DNA of 64,000 nt from a virus, in IMG/VR virus record IMGVR_UViG_3300020404_000180, positions 1 through 64,000 of that record. One strand, given 5' to 3'. Of this stretch, positions 59,801 through 64,000 are shown piece after piece; within the stretch, counting starts at the first letter, position 1; each line of letters begins with the position of its first letter. The position numbers and the translations under genes were made by a program. The notes beneath the pieces were generated by a model, which searched no databases, had not been told where the DNA came from, and saw only the letters and a program-made list of their open reading frames with translations.

Positions 59801-62800
59801 TCGTGAGAATAGTTGTAAGTGATGTTATCACCACTGATTTTAAGTATCTTACCTAAGTCAGATGACTTAAGAAGTATAGATGCACCAGATCCTGTCTTTT
59901 GCTCGATGTTAACAACTGGAGGTGACTGATATTGCTGACCACCTGTCTCTATGGTAACTGCGGTAACACTTTGGTTCTGAATAGTCGCATTTAAGACTGC
60001 ATTGATACCATTACCACCACTAACCGATACAGTAGGTGCAGATAAGAAACCAGAACCACCATTTGTCACTGTGACTGTATCAATTGCTGCATCAATGACT
60101 GTAGCGATGCTTGCAGGGTCATCAAAGGACAATGTATCGACTTGTATAGTAAAATCTTCTGTACTATCACCGCCAGGCAACTTAGTACCATCAAATGTCA
60201 AGATTGATGATGTATCGTATGCAGATCCACCAGCAGTTACGGTTACTGTACTGATTCTACCATTACCGTCAGTGACAATAGTAAATTCAGCACCAGATGC
60301 ACCATTTGGGTTTACTGATGTTTGAGTAACGCCTGTAGTTGTGGTATCTGCAGTAAATGTACCATTACCAGCGGGTTGAGTCTTAAGAGACGCAGTTGCG
60401 ACTGACCCATAGTAAGGATCATCAAATATAATGTCAGGAGCACTCCTGTAATTAGAACCAGCTTGAGTAATTGTAACACTTGCAAGTTTTCCACCACCAC
60501 TGACCGCTGAAGAGACAGTTGCTTGTGTACCACTGATTGCTTGTACAGAACCTTGTGAGTCAGAACTGTAAACAGTATTAGTCTCAGCAGTTCCTGTGCT
60601 AAACATGATGTATCCTTTGTTACCAGCACCTACTCTCTCATTTTTAAGTGGTTTGATTCTCAATACAGAGTTAACTGGGTTCCATGATATTACTTGACCC
60701 CTAGCAGTTGTATTTGCCTGTGTCTGTTGTGATATGACTATCTCATTAGGTATGAATGACCCGAATACATTTTGTAGTGTTAAATCTACAAAGTCAGGAA
60801 GTGTAACTACTGCAGTAGGTAATGAAGCAGCATTGTATCCTGCACCATCGTTTGTGATAGAGACATTGGATAGAGAACCAGATATTGTAGCAGTCGCTGT
60901 TGCACCAGAACCAGAACGTGTAGAACCACTGAGTTTAGGTAGTGATGAGTAGTTTCTGCCAGGATCACCAATTGTGATTGTCTTGATTCCACCTGTAGCG
61001 TATATGCTGTTGGTATCATATGATACACCTGTACTATAACCTGTCTCAGGTTCTAGAGCAGTAATGTAGTCGAATGTAGTATCTGTCTTTGCTGAGACTA
61101 TGTTAGTTCCTATTACTGGGTCGTTGATTGTTGTGAAATACCTTGATGATAATAATGTGCCAGAACTTACAGATATTCTATTACCCATATAACCGTGTGC
61201 TTGGCAAGCATAGTAGAGCGTGCTAGGAGCGTCTTCTGCAACTGTGATACTAACACTACGTGTGGTTGCTGTTGCAAACCCTGTAGCATATGATGCATAG
61301 TCAGGCATGACTACACCATCTAGTGTGTAGGTTACGTTTGTCTCGTATCTCTCTACTCCACCGTACGCAGATTCGCTTTGAGAGAAGTAAATTGCGTGAG
61401 TAGTATTACTTGAGTCATTTTGCTCAAACTTATATGTCGCACCTTTTACAAATTTTAGTGCGGGTGCTTGTGTGACTTCGTTATATTCACCACCAACTAA
61501 GTAATAACCATTACCACTGCCTTGACCGAAGTATGCGTGTGCGGAAGTCTTCGCTGCTACAGTAGTAGTGTAAGTAACTACGTTTGCACCTTCTATCAAA
61601 TCAAAGTAGTAGAATATGCCTGGCAAACCAGTTATCTTAACAGTAATAGAATTCTGTTCGTTAGTTACCGTGTCTAATACTTCAGCAGTAATATTCTTGT
61701 AAGTGAATATGTCTGTGTTGAGCGGATCAAATGTAAATGCAAGTTTCTTACCATTGTTAGATGCGTCACTAGTGTCAAAGTTGTAAGAGTGTCCGTCAAT
61801 GAGTTGTAACTTTGGTTCCTTGTTGTATACAGTAGCGGAACCTACGTTTGCTGCTGCAGGAGTAGCAAAGTTACTCTTGATTGTAAATCTCCTTAATGAC
61901 TCAGTTCTAACAACCTGATAACCTGTATTATTATAAGACGTAGGTGAGACGCCTGAGACTAATACTATATCGCCTATACCTAGTTGATGTGCTAATGTAG
62001 TATGGAAAACTGCTTCTCGCTGTGTTTCTGTCAGTGTAATGGTAAAACCAGAACCAGCAGGACTGGTTGCATTACCTAAGTTGATGTTATCTGCAGATAT
62101 TGTATCTCCTACGTTATATCCAGTTCCGCTACTTGTGATTGTAACAGATGATACACTGTTACCTGTAACCACGATAGTTGCTCTAGCACCTAGACCAGAA
62201 CCATTAGTTGTAATTGGCACATTGCTGTAGGTTCCGTTTTCGTAGTTAGAACCACCTGTAATACTTGACCATCCGTCTTGATGTAGGTTACCGTCTGTGC
62301 GGAGTCTTACGTATGTCCATACAAGGTTGCCATCAGATACAGAACCAGATGTATGTGTGGGTGCATTAGCAACATCACTATCTGATGTTCCGCTTGATGC
62401 TGCCTTGTACACTCTATTGTCTACGTAAACAAGATCCTCTTGATTGTATGCTGTACTATTTGTCCACGCACCGATTAGTTTGATGCTCTGTAAATCGTAA
62501 TACTTGAAGTAATACTTGTTATTGTATATCTTAGTATTGATTGTTCGTGTGTTACTATTGTCCGCCACGGATACGGTAACTTGGTCACCAGGCAAGAGAT
62601 AGTGATTAGTTGATGTAGCAACTGTAGTAGTGTAGATGTCATTGAAACTTGATACTGCGTTTGTTATACCTGTAGCAAGCACGCCTTCTACAGTAGAGAC
62701 TACTCCGCTTACTCCGTCGCCATTAGTTCCTGTGTTATCGAAGAGAAGTCTATCATTTACCTTATACTCTTTACCACCACCTTCTACAAGATACTGGTCA

Positions 62801-64000
62801 ATACCAGATGAGGAATACTGGTTTGTTGCGGAAACAACTAGGGAGTCTGCAGTACCACCTCTAATGAACGGATAGTAACTATAGTAACCAATACCATCTT
62901 CGATGTATGTAAGTGTTTCTCCGCTCTCCATTACAATGAGAGTAGTAGTATCTTCTAGTGCAAGGAAGAAGTCAACCTTGTTGTCTAACTGTTTTCTCTT
63001 TGCAACGATATTGTCAACACCTACGTATGGTGCTCTGTATCTTATTGCGTCTTCTGTAAAGTTTTTCTGTAATCCGTTACCATCCCAGTTTGTAGAATCT
63101 GCCTCTGCGTAAAACTTAGGACCTATGAAGTAAGGGAACGCGGGTTCTCCAGCAGAACCTTTGATTGTTGTGAAGTAAGCGTATACACCATTTGGGTATT
63201 CTGGAGTTACACAGAATCTACCATTATATTCATCTAAATCACCTAAACCTTGTATATACTCATAATCCTCAATATAAGTCCCTAGAGGGTCACTGAGACC
63301 GCTTAGAAGAGAACTTCTGTTGGTCTTGACTCTATAACTACTGATTATCTGTTTATATGAATTATATGGTGATGCATTCTCTGGGTCAACGTAACCGTAA
63401 GGTCCGTAGATAGGGTGTCCATCATACGCCCAACCAATGATAGGTGAGTGTGCTGTAGGGTTGAGTTCCGTAAGTGCTGTGCTTATACTATCCTTAGTAA
63501 GGAATCTAAGTTTCTTAGGGTTATGTAAGTATCCGTATTCTCCGCCATATATCAAATAGTTCTCACCTTGGAATACACCACCACCCGCATTGTCTGTAGT
63601 TTTGCGGTTTACAAATGCGGGATCTCCTAATTCTTCCGCAGTTGCTGCTTCGTTAAATGTTAATTCTGTAAGTTTAGTTTGGAATACCGCACCTGAGCCA
63701 GGATAAACAATGCTTACTGTTGTAGCACCCGCTGTATATCCCGCACCTTTGTTAGTAACTACGACACCAGTAACGATATTGGAGCTCTGGTCTACTTGAG
63801 CAAACGCGGTAGCACCTACTCCATCACCAAGAATGACAACATCAGGTGCACCATAGTATCCACTTCCTCCAAATGTGACGATTATACTTTCTATCTTTCC
63901 GTTTAGTATTGATGGATACGCAACAGCACCACTACCAGTAATTAACTTGATAGTAGGTTCGTAAGTATATTGACTACCTGTGTCTGTAATAGTGACAGTG
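53872..64000 (-). CDS. gp7: Giant baseplate wedge initiator (partial, over 3370 aa) with YHYH, cupredoxin-like and phycobiliprotein-like domains
   Basis: gp7-type DRFQEFSYDISS...W...HPAGFKVVG (about 58815-58930); directly upstream of gp8; frame read manually has no stop from 63555 to the window edge, so the TTG start in the track is not the real start. Confidence 0.85.
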   Translation of the reverse strand, partial: TVTITDTGSQYTYEPTIKLITGSGAVAYPSILNGKIESIIVTFGGSGYYGAPDVVILGDGVGATAFAQVDQSSNIVTGVVVTNKGAGYTAGATTVSIVYPGSGAVFQTKLTELTFNEAATAEELGDPAFVNRKTTDNAGGGVFQGENYLIYGGEYGYLHNPKKLRFLTKDSISTALTELNPTAHSPIIGWAYDGHPIYGPYGYVDPENASPYNSYKQIISSYRVKTNRSSLLSGLSDPLGTYIEDYEYIQGLGDLDEYNGRFCVTPEYPNGVYAYFTTIKGSAGEPAFPYFIGPKFYAEADSTNWDGNGLQKNFTEDAIRYRAPYVGVDNIVAKRKQLDNKVDFFLALEDTTTLIVMESGETLTYIEDGIGYYSYYPFIRGGTADSLVVSATNQYSSSGIDQYLVEGGGKEYKVNDRLLFDNTGTNGDGVSGVVSTVEGVLATGITNAVSSFNDIYTTTVATSTNHYLLPGDQVTVSVADNSNTRTINTKIYNNKYYFKYYDLQSIKLIGAWTNSTAYNQEDLVYVDNRVYKAASSGTSDSDVANAPTHTSGSVSDGNLVWTYVRLRTDGNLHQDGWSSITGGSNYENGTYSNVPITTNGSGLGARATIVVTGNSVSSVTITSSGTGYNVGDTISADNINLGNATSPAGSGFTITLTETQREAVFHTTLAHQLGIGDIVLVSGVSPTSYNNTGYQVVRTESLRRFTIKSNFATPAAANVGSATVYNKEPKLQLIDGHSYNFDTSDASNNGKKLAFTFDPLNTDIFTYKNITAEVLDTVTNEQNSITVKITGLPGIFYYFDLIEGANVVTYTTTVAAKTSAHAYFGQGSGNGYYLVGGEYNEVTQAPALKFVKGATYKFEQNDSSNTTHAIYFSQSESAYGGVERYETNVTYTLDGVVMPDYASYATGFATATTRSVSITVAEDAPSTLYYACQAHGYMGNRISVSSGTLLSSRYFTTINDPVIGTNIVSAKTDTTFDYITALEPETGYSTGVSYDTNSIYATGGIKTITIGDPGRNYSSLPKLSGSTRSGSGATATATISGSLSNVSITNDGAGYNAASLPTAVVTLPDFVDLTLQNVFGSFIPNEIVISQQTQANTTARGQVISWNPVNSVLRIKPLKNERVGAGNKGYIMFSTGTAETNTVYSSDSQGSVQAISGTQATVSSAVSGGGKLASVTITQAGSNYRSAPDIIFDDPYYGSVATASLKTQPAGNGTFTADTTTTGVTQTSVNPNGASGAEFTIVTDGNGRISTVTVTAGGSAYDTSSILTFDGTKLPGGDSTEDFTIQVDTLSFDDPASIATVIDAAIDTVTVTNGGSGFLSAPTVSVSGGNGINAVLNATIQNQSVTAVTIETGGQQYQSPPVVNIEQKTGSGASILLKSSDLGKILKISGDNITYNYSHDRTLKPSLNTTYNLQLIRTQVIDYLDVVNGGQNFVANPTIVLTGGQGSLFSLKPIIENEVIQSVLVENAGRGFTSAPTVSAKVTHTWVGLQSSSTINFPYNAKIPSGTKVTLVQQSGQFPEPLLPNTTYYAVAATTANGLADNQIRLATSLANANTETTITFTSAPTGDISTGQTYFLLETTDLGDTINAFMKPATFSVGERIYQGASTSSFTAYGFVKNWDASGRVVSVEIVEGEFKVGEPVFGEETAAFGQIHAFSRADAVFDVSPISISASGWERTTGFLDLNEQRVYDSDRFQEFSYDISSSVNINNWKNPLKFAAHPAGFKVVGTQVITQTVKKDYRSKANLDLNSGNSTDWWVPTTNSIGSTFNGTTYVTPKPSAKNTGKLATINNFALAKPDYSALVPTEVSIFGRQLLDIQKILSCIVYKIDDISDRTINFDASSSSIVNTSSDQITLTGHGFLNNQRVIYNAGGDRFQDARDLIINNIDHIVEETIGALNAQYPSLNYNNATCARDTRLVIAAWTNDLKYGGNYFTVAATNSYIGGVISQGNAYIDAGNLLKNNKNLIAAEAVHLMLEDATVGIPSGFAGVPGGPQNCIDDIVDCIEAIAYNLTYGANSEVWDAANLYVNTVHLDGEETQAIWAFDKAKELAADVIVNTAINIQGSHGFTQVTNTGVTFDAAICATVDAAMDTLFNIITTAISTDSLSTVTRTNPVGYITHIAGEETETIFAFNKARDLCNLAVTNSLPEGTYTNIAPVTDLSITVDSGGCSDVKSAITTLSGIITEGIDNPSTLPTVNTGNYPNNRTGTPVGGLTNGSAYYVKFVDANTIQLATTEGGSAINLSSLGTGVGHSLRLFIDGINDTFKLRTNNIDIGTKIGHAADKKQLLVMTNGLVTNPATYTFANDAITFLTPPLAETKILCMYYDRASYTSSFQLDQIGDEIKTFGAITSGNTYSDGVYTNVPLKNNLGGGVGATADITVTGGKVTGVALNTAGNGYTDNDVLGISDPRVGEQLVKNFLPSTGTYAPASGEMVLTIGSGHGLSAPTTHTPGGATYSGTTGLMVVTINSHGLVNGDQVKFADGAITFNCGYNGGGDEAYPRSTDYASDRWLQVFDCTENTFTVQVLDSIPSTNTDAHTFVSAVSNSVKFAVSTVRIANESLQFSCGYNGGGTASYPRATDPIGTQGKMKDIPVEAVGTTTITVNALNGTTATNTDSHTWVGLSTYQFQPTDIAYTPTTGEMVVTVSGHGMIKGDRIYFATNSLTFTCGLDNNQTQHTYPRVGDPSEGAWHTIDAVTNDTFTVNVGVSSDTSTHTFVSATSTAVTRAVVSYGVYGYSKNADGASLLRTNQEFIATTAYGRMMANNAGFSSSYQVKCIRDTKLLVDAVADNIEFGGNDATYDAANFYVATAHLTGEEDQSVEVFNAARDICRQVMRNLTVTTNSYTVGTQVKDNTISNDSGSTSYSEACCIDTASTITTLWAIVTQAVGTTAGGSGNLNGITRTSATQPFFQVEVDTVTFDGTDKIFTAQVGGSTQVLPASDNFLIFLNSTFQVKGTTEAYTYTGSTITFTEAPLPGMDFYGFYLGKLTLLDEIAPFFDSQKKTFTMKEDTEPFSLESDNVEVEAQNNLLIFLNGIYQEPGVAFTLTGSIIEFSEPPRAGSTCEIFIFTGSAEDVLVSNTFNSLDIGDRFQIDSEGSDRSIAKVSSSTTIDSYEYTGLRPSTAEFVATIVNGAVTQVDIINAGSNYEVPPILLFQGGGGEGAFAETTIEIGSGRVTGVVNLQGGANYTSAPTVLPTHPIAVERKQRNRLISNSKNLSATYLTSTLSQSGTTINLKNVWFDSSQKNGFPDEGEILIPFYDSVNSVWSAERILYGSKDTVAETLTVATGGRGYLGTTAAAHPVITGTYSSSGTLCTVTTSSNHNLSTGQEFYLDCTSGTGFDGSYKVTVTTATSFTVEFPFSRTASGNCSLLPEVRLRSL
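61165..61580 (-). repeat. Dispersed repeat copy B (cupredoxin-like domain); partner at 12838-13243
   Basis: TVAAKT..H.Y..QGSG.GYY..GG.Y..VTQAP.L.FVKGATY.F.Q.D.S.TTHAIYFS...APSTLYYACQAH.YMGN in both proteins. Confidence 0.85.

Noticed and set aside
12838-61580. Repeat pair as a possible diversity-generating retroelement TR/VR
   Set aside because: Both copies are in-frame coding, differences are not adenine-specific, and no reverse transcriptase is present in the window; the Mtd_N-like N-termini alone do not imply a DGR
993-63112. Dozens of plus-strand ORFs of 60-175 aa and short alternative-frame minus-strand ORFs
   Set aside because: All lie within long minus-strand genes and are antisense or out-of-frame shadows of biased Thr/Gly/Ser/Val codons; no recognisable motifs
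63553-63555. TTG start of gp7 given by the ORF track
   Set aside because: The frame remains open to position 64000 with the same repeat style, so the gene starts outside the window
1-64000. tRNA/rRNA genes and intrinsic terminators
   Set aside because: Intergenic gaps are 60 nt or shorter, and no cloverleaf or GC hairpin followed by a U-tract was seen

Overview
This window is the virion-morphogenesis region of a T4-like marine cyanomyovirus; the host is inferred from gene content and AT-rich composition, and a Prochlorococcus or Synechococcus phage is most likely. Every credible gene is on the minus strand. In transcription order: giant gp7 (open past the right edge), gp8, a DUF4815/VrlC-like protein, small fibre/adaptor genes, two giant paralogous beta-helix-scaffold proteins (2426 and 3459 aa), a Gly-rich protein, a propeller-like protein with chaperone-like neighbours, a U32-family/SAM-methyltransferase fusion, a 2OG-Fe(II) oxygenase, a 1970-aa subtilase with Ig-like repeats, then gp13-gp20 with a few small inserts. 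T4-type late promoter boxes (NNTAAATA) punctuate the operon. The most striking signal is about six helical domains in gp7 and the 3459-aa protein that align by eye with phycobiliprotein beta subunits, including the C-x-(R/D)-D bilin site, a PGGN loop and a second C-terminal Cys helix. Five cupredoxin-like domains with type-1-copper ligand spacing are spread over three virion proteins. Together these suggest a bilin- and copper-decorated, possibly light- or redox-responsive tail. All assignments come from visual motif recognition; no searches were run.
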